A stretch of 64,000 nt of DNA, from NCBI GenBank assembly GCA_964016885.1, contig OZ024740.1, forward strand, positions 399,528,001 to 399,592,000, read 5' to 3'. The notes below the pieces were generated by a model. It ran no database searches and had not been told where the DNA came from. It was given only the letters and a program-made list of their open reading frames with translations. The DNA is from Eledone cirrhosa (lineage: Eukaryota). Both the position numbers and the translations under genes were made by a program. How positions within the stretch are numbered: the stretch's first letter is position 1; each line of letters begins with the position of its first letter. Positions 10,001-25,000 of the stretch are shown here, piece after piece.

Positions 10001-13000
10001 GTGACTCCTACATGACCACGTTACAGTGTGGGCTCGGTGCTTTTTGTTGTGATTCCTACACGACCACTTTACACTCTGGGCTGGGTGCTTTTTGTTGTGA
10101 CTCCTACACGACCACTTTACACTGTGGGCTGGGTGCTTTTTGTTGACTTCTACACGACCACTTTACACTCTGGGCTGGGTGCTTTTTGTTGTGACTCCTA
10201 CACGACCACTTTACACTGTGGGCTGGGTGCTTTTTTTTGTGACTCCTACACGACTACTTTACAGTGTGGGATGGGTGATTCTTGTTGTGACTGCTACACG
10301 ACCACTTTACACTCTGGGCTGGGTGCTTTTTGTTGTGACTCCTACACGACCACTTTACACTGTGGGCTGGGTACTTTTTGTGATGACTTCTACACGACCA
10401 CTTTACAGTGTGGGCTGGGTGCTTTTTGTTGTGACTCCTACACGACTACTTTACAGTGTGGGATGGGTGCTTTTTGTTGTGACTGCTACACGACCACTTT
10501 ACACTCTGGGCTGGGTGCTTTTTGTTGGGACTCCTACACGACCACTTTACACTGTGGGCTGGGTACTTTTTGTGATGACTTCTACACGACCACTTTACAG
10601 TGTGGGCTGGGTGCTTTTTTTTGTGACTCCTACACAACTACTTTACAGTGTGGGATGGGTGCTTTTTGTTGTGACTGCTACACGACCACTTTACACTCTG
10701 GGCTGGGTGCTTTTTGTTGTGACTCCTACACGACCACTTTACACTGTGGGCTGGGTGTTTTTTTTTGTGACTCCTACACGACTACTTTACAGTGTGGGAT
10801 GGGTGCTTTTTGTTGTGACTCCTACACGACCACTTTACAGTGTGGGATGGGTGCTTTTTGTTGTGACACCTACACAACCACTTTACACTCTGGGCTGGGT
10901 GCTTTTTGTTGTGACTCCTACACGACCACTTTACAGTGTGGGCTGGGTTCTTTTTGTTGTGACTCCTACACGACCACTTTACAGTGGGATGGGTGCTTTT
11001 TGTTCTGACTCCTACACGACCACTTCACACTCTGGGCAGGGTGCTTTTTGTTGTGACTCCTACATGACCACTTTACAGTGTGGGCTCGGTGCTTTCTGTT
11101 GTGACTCCTACACGACCACTTTACACTCTGGGCTGGGTGCTTTTTGTTGTGACTCCTACACGACCACTTTACACTGTGGGCTGGGTGCTTTTTGTTGACT
11201 TCTACACGACCACTTTACAGTGTGGGATGGGTGCTTCTTGTTGTGACTGCTACACGACCACTTTACACTCTGGGCTGGGTGCTTTTTGTTGTGACTCCTA
11301 CACGACCACTTTACACTGTGGGCTGGGTACTTTTTGTTGTGACTCCTACACAACCACTTTACAGTGTGGGCTGGGTGCTTTTTGTTGTGACTCCTACATG
11401 ACCAATTTACAGTGTGGGCTCGGTGCTTTTTGTTCTGACTCCTACACAATCACTTTACAGTGTGGGATGGGTGCTTTTTGTTATGACTTCTACACGACCA
11501 CTTTACAGTGTGGGCTCGGTGCTTTTTGTTGTGACTCCTACACGACCACTTTACACTCTGGGCTGGGTGCTTTTTGTTGTGACTCCTACAGAACCACTTT
11601 ACAGTGTGGGCTGGGTGCTTTTTGTTGTGACTCCTAAATGACCACTTTACAGTGGGATGGGTGCTTTTTGTTGCGACTCCTACACGACCACTTTACAGTG
11701 TTGGCTGGGTGCTTTTTTTTGTGACTCCTACACGACTACTTTACAGTGTGGGATGGGTGCTTTTTGTTGTGACTGCTACACGACCACTTTAAACTTTGGG
11801 CTGGGTGCTTATGTTGGGACTCCTACACGACCACTTTACAGTGTGGGCTGGGTTCTTTTTGTTGTGACTCCTACACGACCACTTTACACTGTGGGGTGGG
11901 TGCTTTTTGTTGACTTCTACACGACCACTTTACACTGTGGGATGGGTGCTTTTTGTTGTGACTCCTACATGACCACTTTACAGTGGGATGGGAGCTTTTT
12001 GTTGTGACTCCTACACGACCACTTTACAGTGTGAGATGGGTGCTTTTTGTTGTGACTCCTACACGACCACTTTACAGTGTGGACAGGGTGCTTTTTGTTG
12101 TAACTCCTACACGACCACTTTACAGTGTGGGCAGGGTGCTTTTTGTTGGGACTCCTACACGACCACTTTACACAGTGGACTGGGTGCTTTTTGTTGTGAC
12201 TCCTACACGACCACTTTACAGTGTGGGCTGGGTGCTTTTTGTTGGGACTCCTACACGACCACTTTACACTCTGGGCTGGGTGCTTTTTGTTGTGACTCCT
12301 ACACAACCACTTTACAGTGTGGGCTGGGTGCTTTTTGTTGTAATTCCTACACGACCACTTTACACTCTGGGCTGGGTGCTTTTTGTTGTGACTCCTACAC
12401 GGCCACTTTACACTGTGGGCTGGGTGCTTTTTGTTATGACTTCTACACGACCACTTTACAGTGTGGGCTGGGTGCTTTTTGTTGGGACTCCTACACAACC
12501 ACTTTACAGTGTGGGCTGGGTGCTTTTTGTTGTGACTCCTACACAACCACTTTACAGTGTGAGCTGTGTGCTTTTTGTTGTGACTCCTACACGACCAACG
12601 ACACTCTGGGCTGGGTGCTTTTTGTTGTGACTCCTACATGACCACTTTACACTGTGGGCTGGGTGCTTTTTGTTGTGACTCCTACACGACCACTTTACAC
12701 TCTGGGCTGGGTGCTTTTTGTTGTGACTCCTACACGACCACTTTACACTGTGGGGTGGGTGCTTTTTGTTGTGACACCTACACGACCACTTTACACTCTG
12801 GGCTGGGTGCTTTTTGTTGTGACTCCTACACGACCACTTTACAGTGTGGGCTGGGTGCTTTTTATTGTGACTCCTACATGACCACTTTACAGTGGGATGG
12901 GTGCTTTTTGTTGTGACTCCTACACGACCACTTTACACTCTGGGCTGGGTGCTTTTTGTTGTGACTCCTACACGACCACTTTACAGTGTGGGCTGGGTGC

Positions 13001-16000
13001 TTTTTGTTGTGACTCCTACACGACCACTTTACAGTGTGGGATGGGTGCTTTTTGTTCTGACTCCTACACGACCACTTCACACTCTGGGCTGGGTGCTTTT
13101 TGTTGTGACTCCTACATGACCACTTTAACGTGGGATGGGTGCTTTTTGTTGTGACTCCTACACGACCACTTTACAGTGTGGGCTGGGTTCTTTTTGTTGT
13201 GACTCCTACACGACCACTTTACAGTGTGGGATGGGTGCTTTTTGTTCTGACTCCTACACGACCACTTCACACTCTGGGCTGGGTGCTTTTTGTTGTGACT
13301 CCTACATGACCACTTTACAGTGTGGGCTCGGTGCTTTTTGTTGTGACTCCTACACGACCACTTTACACTCTGGGCTGGGTGCTTTTTGTTGTGACTCCTA
13401 CACGACCACTTTACACTGTGGGGTGGGTGCTTTTTGTTGACTTCTACACGACCACTTTACACTCTGGGCTGGGTGCTTTTTGTTGTGACTCCTACACGAC
13501 CACTTTACACTGTGGGCTGGGTGCTTTTTTTTGTGACTCCTACACGACTACTTTACAGTGTGGGATGGGTGCTTTTTGTTGTGACTCATACACGACCACT
13601 TTACAGTGTGGGATGGGTGCTTTTTGTTGTGACACCTACACGACCACTTTACACTCTGGGCTGGGTGGTTTTTGTTGTGACTCCTACACGACCACTTTAC
13701 AGTGTGGGCTGGGTTCTTTTTGTTGTGACTCCTACACGACCACTTTACAGTGTGGGATGGGTGCTTTTTGTTCTGACTCCTACACGACCACTTTACACTC
13801 TGGGCTGGGTGCTTTTTGTTGTGACTCCTACACGACCACTTTACACTCTGGGCTGGGTGCTTTTTGTTGACTTCTACACGACCACTTTACAGTGTGGGCT
13901 GGGTGCTTTTTGTTGTGACTCCTACACGACCACTTTACACTCTGGGCTGGGTGCTTTTTGTTGGGACTCCTACACGACCACTTTACACTCTGGGCTAGGT
14001 GCTTTTTGTTGTGACTCCTACATGAGCACTTTACACTGTGGGCAGGGTACTTTTTGTTGTGACTCCTACACAACCACTTTACAGTGTGGGCTGGGTGCTT
14101 TTTGTTGTGACTCCTACATGACCAATTTACAGTGTGGGTTCGGTGCTTTTTGTTCTGACTCCTACACAATCACTTTACAGTGTGGGCTGGGTGCTTTTTG
14201 TTGTGACTCCGAAATGACCACTTTACAGTGGGATGGGTGCTTTTTGTTGTGACTCCTACACGACCAATTTACAGTGTGGGCTGGGTGCTTTTTGTTGTGA
14301 CTCCTACATGACCTCTTTACAGTGGGATGGTTTCTTTTTGTTGCGACTCCTACACGACCACTTTACAGTGTTGGCTGGGTGCTTTTTTTTGTGACTCCTA
14401 CACGACTACTTTACAGTGTGGGATGGGTGCTTTTTGTTGTGACTGCTACACGACCACTTTAAACTTTGGGCTGGGTGCTTTTTGTTGTGACTCCTACACG
14501 ACCACTTTACACTGTGGGCTGGGTACTTTTTGTGATGACTTCTACACGACCACTTTACAGTGTGGGCTGTGTGCTTTTTTTTGTGACTCCTACACGACTA
14601 CTTTACAGTGTGGGATGGGTGCTTTTTGTTGTGAGTCCTACACGACCACTTTACACTCTGGGCTGGGTGCTTTTTGTTGGGACTCCTACACGACCACTTT
14701 ACAGTGTGGGCTGGGTTCTTTTTGTTGTGACTCCTACACGACCACTTTACACTGTGGGGTGGGTGCTTTTTGTTGACTTCTACACGACCACTTTACAGTG
14801 TGGGATGGGTGCTTTTTGTTCTGACTCCTACACGACCACTTCACACTCTGGGCAGGGTGCTTTTTGTTGTGACTCCTACATGACCACGTTACAGTGTGGG
14901 CTCGGTGCTTTTTGTTGTGATTCCTACACGACCACTTTACACTCTGGGCTGGGTGCTTTTTGTTGTGACTCCTACACGACCACTTTACACTGTGGGCTGG
15001 GTGCTTTTTGTTGACTTCTACACGACCACTTTACACTCTGGGCTGGGTGCTTTTTGTTGTGACTCCTACACGACCACTTTACACTGTGGGCTGGGTGCTT
15101 TTTTTTGTGACTCCTACACGACTACTTTACAGTGTGGGATGGGTGATTCTTGTTGTGACTGCTACACGACCACTTTACACTCTGGGCTGGGTGCTTTTTG
15201 TTGTGACTCCTACACGACCACTTTACACTGTGGGCTGGGTACTTTTTGTGATGACTTCTACACGACCACTTTACAGTGTGGGCTGGGTGCTTTTTGTTGT
15301 GACTCCTACACGACTACTTTACAGTGTGGGATGGGTGCTTTTTGTTGTGACTGCTACACGACCACTTTACACTCTGGGCTGGGTGCTTTTTTTTGGGACT
15401 CCTACACGACCACTTTACACTGTGGGCTGGGTACTTTTTGTGATGACTTCTACACGACCACTTTACAGTGTGGGCTGGGTGCATTTTTTTGTGACTCCTA
15501 CACAACTACTTTACAGTGTGGGATGGGTGCTTTTTGTTGTGACTGCTACACGACCACTTTACACTCTGGGCTGGGTGCTTTTTGTTGTGACTCCTACACG
15601 ACCACTTTACACTGTGGGCTGGGTGTTTTTTTTTGTGACTCCTACACGACTACTTTACAGTGTGGGATGGGTGCTTTTTGTTGTGACTCCTACACGACCA
15701 CTTTACAGTGTGGGATGGGTGCTTTTTGTTGTGACACCTACACAACCACTTTACACTCTGGGCTGGGTGCTTTTTGTTGTGACTCCTACACGACCACTTT
15801 ACAGTGTGGGCTGGGTTCTTTTTGTTGTGACTCCTACACGACCACTTTACAGTGGGATGGGTGCTTTTTGTTCTGACTCCTACACGACCACTTCACACTC
15901 TGGGCAGGGTGCTTTTTGTTGTGACTCCTACATGACCACTTTACAGTGTGGGCTCGGTGCTTTTTGTTGTGACTCCTACACGACCACTTTACACTCTGGG

Positions 16001-19000
16001 CTGGGTGCTTTTTGTTGTGACTCCTACACGACCACTTTACACTGTGGGCTGGGTGCTTTTTGTTGACTTCTACACGACCACTTTACACTCGGGGCTGGGT
16101 GCTTTTTGTTGTGACTCCTACACGACCACTTTACACTGTGGGCTGGGTGCTTTTTTTTATGACTCCTACACGACTACTTTACAGTGTGGCATGGGTGCTT
16201 CTTGTTGTGACTGCTACACGACCACTTTACACTCTGGGCTGGGTGCTTTTTGTTGTGACTCCTACACGACCACTTTACACTGTGGGCTGGGTACTTTTTG
16301 TGATGACTTCTACACGACCACTTTACGTGTGGGCTGGGTGCTTTTTTTTGTGACTCCTACACAACTACTTTACAGTGTGGGATGGGTGCTTTTTGTTGTG
16401 ACTGCTACACGACCACTTTACACTCTGGGCTGGGTGCTTTTTGTTGGGACTCCTACACGACCACTTTACACTGTGGGCTGGGTACTTTTTGTGATGACTT
16501 CTACACGACCACTTTACAGTGTGGGCTGGGTGCTTTTTTTTGTGACTCCTACACGACTACTTTACAGTGTGGGCTGGGTACTTTTTGTTGTGATTCCTAC
16601 ATGACCACTTTACAGTGGGCTGGGTGCTTTTTGTTGTGACTCCTACACGACCACTTTACACTGTGGGATGGGAGCTTTTTGTTGTGACTCCTACACGACC
16701 ACTTTACAGTGTGAGATGGGTGCTTTTTGTTGTGACTCCTACACGACCACTTTACAGTGTGGACAGGGTGCTTTTTGTTGTAACTCCTACACGACCACTT
16801 TACAGTGTGGGCAGGGTGCTTTTTGTTGGGACTCCTACACGACCACTTTACACAGTGGACTGGGTGCTTTTTGTTGTGACTCCTACACGACCACTTTACA
16901 GTGTGGGCTGGGTGCTTTTTGTTGGGACTCCTACACGACCACTTTACACTCTGGGCTGGGTGCTTTTTGTTGTGACTCCTACACAACCACTTTACAGTGT
17001 GGGCTGGGTGCTTTTTGTTGTAATTCCTACACGACCACTTTACACTCTGGGCTGGGTGCTTTTTGTTGTGACTCCTACACGGCCACTTTACACTGTGGGC
17101 TGGGTGCTTTTTGTTATGACTTCTACACGACCACTTTACAGTGTGGGCTGGGTGCTTTTTGTTGGGACTACTACACAACCACTTTACAGTGTGGGCTGGG
17201 TGCTTTTTGTTGTGACTCCTACACAACCACTTTACAGTGTGAGCTGTGTGCTTTTTGTGATGACTTCTACACGACCACTTTACAGTGTGGGCTGTGTGCT
17301 TTTTTTTGTGACTCCTACACGACTACTTTACAGTGTGGGATGGGTGCTTTTTGTTGTGAGTCCTACACGACCACTTTACACTCTGGGCTGGGTGCTTTTT
17401 GTTGGGACTCCTACACGACCACTTTACACTCTGGGCTGGGTGCTTTTTGTTGTGACTCCTACACGACCACTTTACACTGTGGGGTGGGTGCTTTTTGTTG
17501 ACTTCTACACGACCACTTTACACTCTGGGCTGGGTGCTTTTTGTTGTGACTCCTACACGACCACTTTACACTGTGGGCTGGGTGCTTTTTTTTGTGACTC
17601 CTACACGACCACTTTACACTGTGGGCTGGGTGCTTTTTGTTGTGACTCCTACACGACCACTTTACACTCTGGGCTGGGTGCTTTTTGTTGGGACTCCTAC
17701 ACGACCACTTTACAGTGTGGGATGGGTGCTTTTTGTTCTGACTCCTACACAATCACTTTACACTGTGGGCCGGGTGCTTTTTGTTGTGACTCCTACACGA
17801 CCACTTTACACTCTGGGCTAGGTGCTTTTTGTTCTGACTCCTACACAATCACTTTACAGTGTGGGATGGGTGCTTTTTGTTGTGACTCCTACACAACCAA
17901 TTTACAGTGTGGGCTCGGTGCTTTTTGTTCTGACTCCTACACAATCACTTTACAGTGTGGGATGGGTGCTTTTTGTTATGACTTCTACAAGACCACTTTA
18001 CAGTGTGGGCTCAGTGCTTTTTGTTGTGACTCCTACACGACCACTTTACACTCTGGGCTGGGTGCTTTTTGTTGTGACTCCTACACAACCACTTTACAGT
18101 GTGGGCTGGGTGCTTTTTGTTGTGACTCCTAAATGACCACTTTACAGTGGGATGGGTGCTTTTTGTTGTGACTCCTACACGACCAATTTACAGTGTGGGC
18201 TGGGTGCTTTTTGTTTTGACTCCTACATGACCACTTTACAGTGGGATGGTTTCTTTTTGTTGCGACTCCTACACGACCACTTTACAGTGTTGGCTGGGTG
18301 CTTTTTTTTTGTGACTCCTACACGACTACTTTACAGTGTGGGATGGGTGCTTTTTGTTGTGACTGCTACACGACCACTTTAAACTTTGGGCTGGGTGCTT
18401 TTTGTTGTGACTCCTACACGACCACTTTACACTGTGAGCTGGGTACTTTTTGTGATGACTTCTACACGACCACTTTACAGTGTGGGCTGTGTGCTTTTTT
18501 TTGTGACTCCTACACGACTACTTTACCGTGTGGGATGGGTGCTTTTTGTTGTGAGTCCTACATGACCACTTTACACTCTGGGCTGGGTGCTTTTTGTTGG
18601 GACTCCTACACGACCACTTTACACTCTGGGCTGGGTGCTTTTTGTTGTGACTCCTACACGACCACTTTACACTGTGGGGTGGGTGCTTTTTGTTGACTTC
18701 TACACGACCACTTTACGCTCTGGGCTGGGTGCTTTTTGTTGTGACTCCTACACGACCACTTTACACTGTGGGCTGGGTGCTTTTTTTTGTGACTCCTACA
18801 CGACTACTTTACAGTGTGGGATGGGTGCTTTTTGTTGTGACTCCTACACGACCACTTTACAGTGTGGGATGGGTGCTTTTTGTTGTGACACCTACACGAC
18901 CACTTTACACTCTGGGCTGGGTGCTTTTTGTTGTGACTCCTACACGACCACTTTACAGTGTGGGCTGGGTTCTTTTTGTTGTGACTCCTACACGACCACT

Positions 19001-22000
19001 TTACAGTGTGGGATGGGTGCTTTTTGTTCTGACTCCTACACGACCACTTCACACTCTGGGCAGGGTGCTTTTTGTTGTGACTCCTACATGACCACTTTAC
19101 AGTGTGGGCTCGGTGCTTTTTGTTGTGACTCCTACACGACCACTTTACACTCTGGGCTGGGTGCTTTTTGTTGTGACTCCTACACGACCACTTTACACTG
19201 TGGGCTGGGTGCTTTTTGTTGTGACTCCTACACGACCACTTTACACTGTGGGCTGCGTGCTTTTTTTTGTGACTCCTACACGACTACTTTACAGTGTGGG
19301 ATGGGTGCTTCTTGTTGTGACTGCTACACGACCACTTTACACTCTGGGCTGGGTGCTTTTTGTTGTGACTCCTACACGACCACTTTACACTGTGGTCTGG
19401 GTGCTTTTTGTTATGACTTCTACACGACCACTTTACAGTGTGGGCTCGGTGCTTTTTGTTGTGACTCCTACACGACCACTTTACACTCTGGGCTGGGTGC
19501 TTTTTGTTGTGACTCCTACACGACCACTTTACACTCTGGGCTGGGTGCTTTTTGTTGACTTCTACACGACCACTTTACAGTGTGGGCTGGGTGCTTTTTG
19601 TTGTGACTCCTACACGACCACTTTACACTCTGGGCTGGGTGCTTTTTGTTGTGACTCCTACACGACCACTTTACACTGTGGGCTGGGTGCTTTTTGTTGG
19701 GACTCCTACACGACCACTTTACACTCTGGGCTAGGTGCTTTTTGTTGTGACTCCTACATGAGCACTTTACACTGTGGGCAGGGTACTTTTTGTTGTGACT
19801 CCTACACAACCACTTTACAGTGTGGGCTGGTTGCTTTTTGTTGTGACTCCTACATGACCAATTTACAGTGTGGGCTCGGTGCTTTTTGTTCTGACTCCTA
19901 CACAATCACTTTACAGTGTGGGATGGGTGATTTTTGTTATGACTTCTACACGACCACTTTACAGTGTGGGCTCGGTGCTTTTTGTTGTGACTCCTACACG
20001 ACCACTTTACACTCTGGGCTGGGTGCTTTTTGTTGTGACTCCTACACAACCACTTTACAGTGTGGGCTGGGTGCTTTTTGTTGTGACTCCTAAATGACCA
20101 CTTTACAGTGGGATGGGTGCTTTTTGTTGTGACTCCTACACGACCAATTTACAGTGTGGGCTGGGTGCTTTTTGTTTTACTTCCTACATGACCACTTTAC
20201 AGTGGGATGGTTTCTTTTTGTTGCGACTCCTACACGACCACTTTACAGTGTTGGCTGGGTGCTTTTTTTTGTGACTCCTACACGACTACTTTACAGTGTG
20301 GGATGGGTGCTTTTTGTTGTGACTGCTACACGACCACTTTAAACTTTGGGCAGGGTGCTTTTTGTTGTGACTCCTACACGACCACTTTACACTGTGGGCT
20401 GGGTACTTTTTGTGATGACTTCTACACGACCACTTTACAGTGTGGGCTGTGTGCTTTTTTTTGTGACTCCTACACGACTACTTTACAGTGTGGGATGGGT
20501 GCTTTTTGTTGTGACTGCTACACGACCACTTTACACTCTGGGCTGGGTGCTTTTTGTTGGGACTCCTACACGACCACTTTACACTGTGGGCTGGGTACTT
20601 TTTGTGATGACTTCTACACGACCACTTTACAGTGTGGGCTGGGTGCTTTTTTTTGTGACTCCTACACAACTACTTTACAGTGTGGGATGGGTGCTTTTTG
20701 TTGTGACTGCTACACGACCACTTTACACTCTGGGCTGGGTGCTTTTTGTTGTGACTCCTACACGACCACTTTACACTGTGGGCTGGGTGCTTTTTTTTGT
20801 GACTCCTACACGACTACTTTACAGTGTGGGATGGGTGCTTTTTGTTGTGACTCCTACACGACCACTTTACAGTGTGGGATGGGTGCTTTTTGTTGTGACA
20901 CCTACACAACCACTTTACACTCTGGGCTGGGTGCTTTTTGTTGTGACTCCTACACGACCACTTTACAGTGTGGGCTGGGTTCTTTTTGTTGTGACTCCTA
21001 CACGACCACTTTACAGTGGGATGGGTGCTTTTTGTTCTGACTCCTACACGACCACTTCACACTCTGGGCAGGGTGCTTTTTGTTGTGACTCCTACATGAC
21101 CGCTTTACAGTGTGGGCTCGGTGCTTTTTGTTGTGACTCCTACACGACCACTTTACTCTCTGGGCTGGGTGCTTTTTGTTGTGACTCCTACACGACCACT
21201 TTACACTGTGGGCTGGGTGCTTTTTTTTGTGACTCCTACACGACTACTTTACAGTGTGGGATGGGTGCTTCTTGTTGTGACTGCTACACGACCACTTTAC
21301 ACTCTGGGCTGGGTGCTTTTTGTTGTGACTCCTACACGACCACTTTACACTGTGGGCTGGGTACTTTTTGTGATGACTTCTACACGACCACTTTACGTGT
21401 GGGCTGGGTGCTTTTTTTTGTGACTCCTACACAACTACTTTACAGTGTGGGATGGGTGCTTTTTGTTGTGACTGCTACACGACCACTTTACACTCTGGGC
21501 TGGGTGCTTTTTGTTGGGACTCCTACACGACCACTTTACACTGTGGGCTGGGTACTTTTTGTGATGACTTCTACACGACCACTTTACAGTGTGGGCTGGG
21601 TGCTTTTTTTGGTGACTCCTACACGACTACTTTACAGTGTGGGCTGGGTACTTTTTGTTGTGATTCCTACATGACCACTTTACAGTGGGCTGGGTGCTTT
21701 TTGTTGTGACTCCTACACGACCACTTTACACTGTGGGATGGGAGCTTTTTGTTGTGACTCCTACACGACCACTTTACAGTGTGAGATGGGTGCTTTTTGT
21801 TGTGACTCCTACACGACCACTTTACAGTGTGGACAGGGTGCTTTTTGTTGTAACTCCTACACGACCACTTTACAGTGTGGGCAGGGTGCTTTTTGTTGGG
21901 ACTCCTACACGACCACTTTACACAGTGGACTGGGTGCTTTTTGTTGTGACTCCTACACGACCACTTTACAGTGTGGGCTGGGTGCTTTTTGTTGGGACTC

Positions 22001-25000
22001 CTACACGACCACTTTACACTCTGGGCTGGGTGCTTTTTGTTGTGACTCCTACACAACCACTTTACAGTGTGGGCTGGGTGCTTTTTGTTGTAATTCCTAC
22101 ACGACCACTTTACACTCTGGGCTGGGTGCTTTTTGTTGTGACTCCTACACGGCCACTTTACACTGTGGGCTGGGTGCTTTTTGTTATGACTTCTACACGA
22201 CCACTTTACAGTGTGGGCTGGGTGCTTTTTGTTGGGACTCCTACACAACCACTTTACAGTGTGGGCTGGGTGCTTTTTGTTGTGACTCCTACACAACCAC
22301 TTTACAGTGTGAGCTGTGTGCTTTTTGTGATGACTTATACACGACCACTTTACAGTGTGGGCTGTGTGCTTTTTTTTGTGACTCCTACACGACTACTTTA
22401 CAGTGTGGGATGGGTGCTTTTTGTTGTGAGTCCTACACGACCACTTTACACTCTGGGCTGGGTGCTTTTTGTTGGGACTCCTACACGACCACTTTACACT
22501 CTGGGCTGGGTGCTTTTTGTTGTGACTCCTACACGACCACTTTACACTGTGGGGTGGGTGCTTTTTGTTGTGACTCCTACACGACCACTTTACACTCTGG
22601 GCTGGGTGCTTTTTGTTGACTTCTACACGACCACTTTACACTGTGGGCTGGGTGCTTTTTGTTGTGACTCCTACACGACCACTTTACACTGTGGGCTGGG
22701 TGCTTTTTGTTGTGACTCCTACACAATCACTTTACACTGTGGGCTGGGTGCTTTTTGTTGTGACTCCTACACGACCACTTTACACTCTGGGCTAGGTGCT
22801 TTTTGTTCTGACTCCTACACAATCACTTTACAGTGTGGGATGGGTGCTTTTTGTTATGACTTCTACACGACCACTTTACAGTGTGGGCTCGGTGCTTTTT
22901 GTTGTGACTCCTACACGACCACTTTACACTGTGGGCTGGGTGCTTTTTGTTGTGACTCCTACACGACCACTTTACACTCTGGGCTCGGTGCTTTTTGTTG
23001 TGACTCCTACACAATCACTTTACACTGTGGGCTGGGTGCTTTTTGTTGTGACTCCTACACGACCACTTTACACTCTGGGCTAGGTGCTTTTTGTTCTGAC
23101 TCCTACACAATCACTTTACAGTGTGGGATGGGTGCTTTTTGTTATGACTTCTACACGACCACTTTACAGTGTGGGCTCGGTGCTTTTTGTTGTGACTCCT
23201 ACACGACCACTTTACATTCTGGGCTGGGTGCTTTTTGTTGTGACTCCTACACGACCACTTTACAGTGTGGGCTGGGTGCTTTTTGTTGTGACTCCTACAT
23301 GAGCACTTTACACTGTGGGCAGGGTACTTTTTGTTGTGACTCCTACACAACCACTTTACAGTGTGAGCTGGGTGCTTTTTGTTGTGACTCCTAAATGACC
23401 ACTTTACAGTGGGATGGGTGCTTTTTGTTGTGACTCCTACACGACCAATTTACAGTGTGGGCTCGGTGCTTTTTGTTCTGACTCCTACACAATCACTTTA
23501 CAGTGTGGGATGGGTGCTTTTTGTTATGACTTCTACAAGACCACTTTACAGTGTGGGCTCAGTGCTTTTTGTTGTGACTCCTACACGACCACTTTACACT
23601 CTGGGCTGGGTGCTTTTTGTTGACTTCTACACGACCACTTTACAGTGTGGGCTGGGTGCTTTTTGTTGTGACTCCTACATGAGCACTTTACACTGTGGGC
23701 AGGGTACTTTTTGTTGTGACTCCTACACGACCACTTTACAGTGTGGGCTGGGTGCTTTTTGTTGTGACTCCTACACGACCACTTTACAGTGTGGGCTGGG
23801 TGCTTTTTGTTGTGACTCCTACACGACCACTTTACAGTGTGGGCTGGGTGCTTTTTGTTGTGACTCCTACACGACCACTTTACAGTGTGGGCTCGGTGCT
23901 TTTTGTTGTGACTCCTACACGACCACTTTACACTCTGGGCTGGGTGCTTTTTGTTGTGACTCCTACACGACCACTTTACAGTGTGGGCTGGGTGCTTTTT
24001 GTTTTGACTCCTACATGACCACTTTACAGTGGGATGGTTTCTTTTTGTTGCGACTCCTACACGACCACTTTACAGTGTTGGCTGGGTGCTTTTTTTTTGT
24101 GACTCCTACACGACTACTTTACAGTGTGGGATGGGTGCTTTTTGTTGTGACTCCTACACGACCACTTTACATTCTGGGCTGGGTGCTTTTTGTTGACTTC
24201 TACACGACCACTTTACAGTGTGGGCTGGGTGCTTTTTGTTGTGACTCCTACATGAGCACTTTACACTGTGGGCAGGGTACTTTTTGTTGTGACTCCTACA
24301 TGACCACTTTACAGTGTGGGCTCGGTGCTTTTTGTTGTGACTCCTACACGACCACTTTACACTCTGGGCTGGGTGCTTTTTGTTGTGACTCCTACACGAC
24401 CACTTTACAGTGTGGGCTGGGTGCTTTTTGTTTTGACTCCTACATGACCACTTTACAGTGGGATGGTTTCTTTTTGTTGCGACTCCTACACGACCACTTT
24501 ACAGTGTTGGCTGGGTGCTTTTTTTTTGTGACTCCTACACGACTACTTTACAGTGTGGGATGGGTGCTTTTTGTTGTGACTGCTACACGACCACTTTAAA
24601 CTTTGGGCTGGGTGCTTTTTGTTGTGACTCCTACACGACCACTTTACACTGTGGGCTGGGTACTTTTTGTGATGACTTCTACACGACCACTTTACAGTGT
24701 GGGCTGTGTGCTTTTTTTTGTGACTCCTACACGACTACTTTACAGTGTGGGATGGGTGCTTTTTGTTGTGAGTCCTACACGACCACTTTACACTCTGGGC
24801 TGGGTGCTTTTTGTTGGGACTCCTACACGACCACTTTACACTCTGGGCTGGGTGCTTTTTGTTGTGACTCCTACACGACCACTTTACACTGTGGGGTGGG
24901 TGCTTTTTGTTGACTTCTACACGACCACTTTACACTCTGGGCTGGGTGCTTTTTGTTGTGACTCCTACACGACCACTTTACACTGTGGGATGGGTGCTTT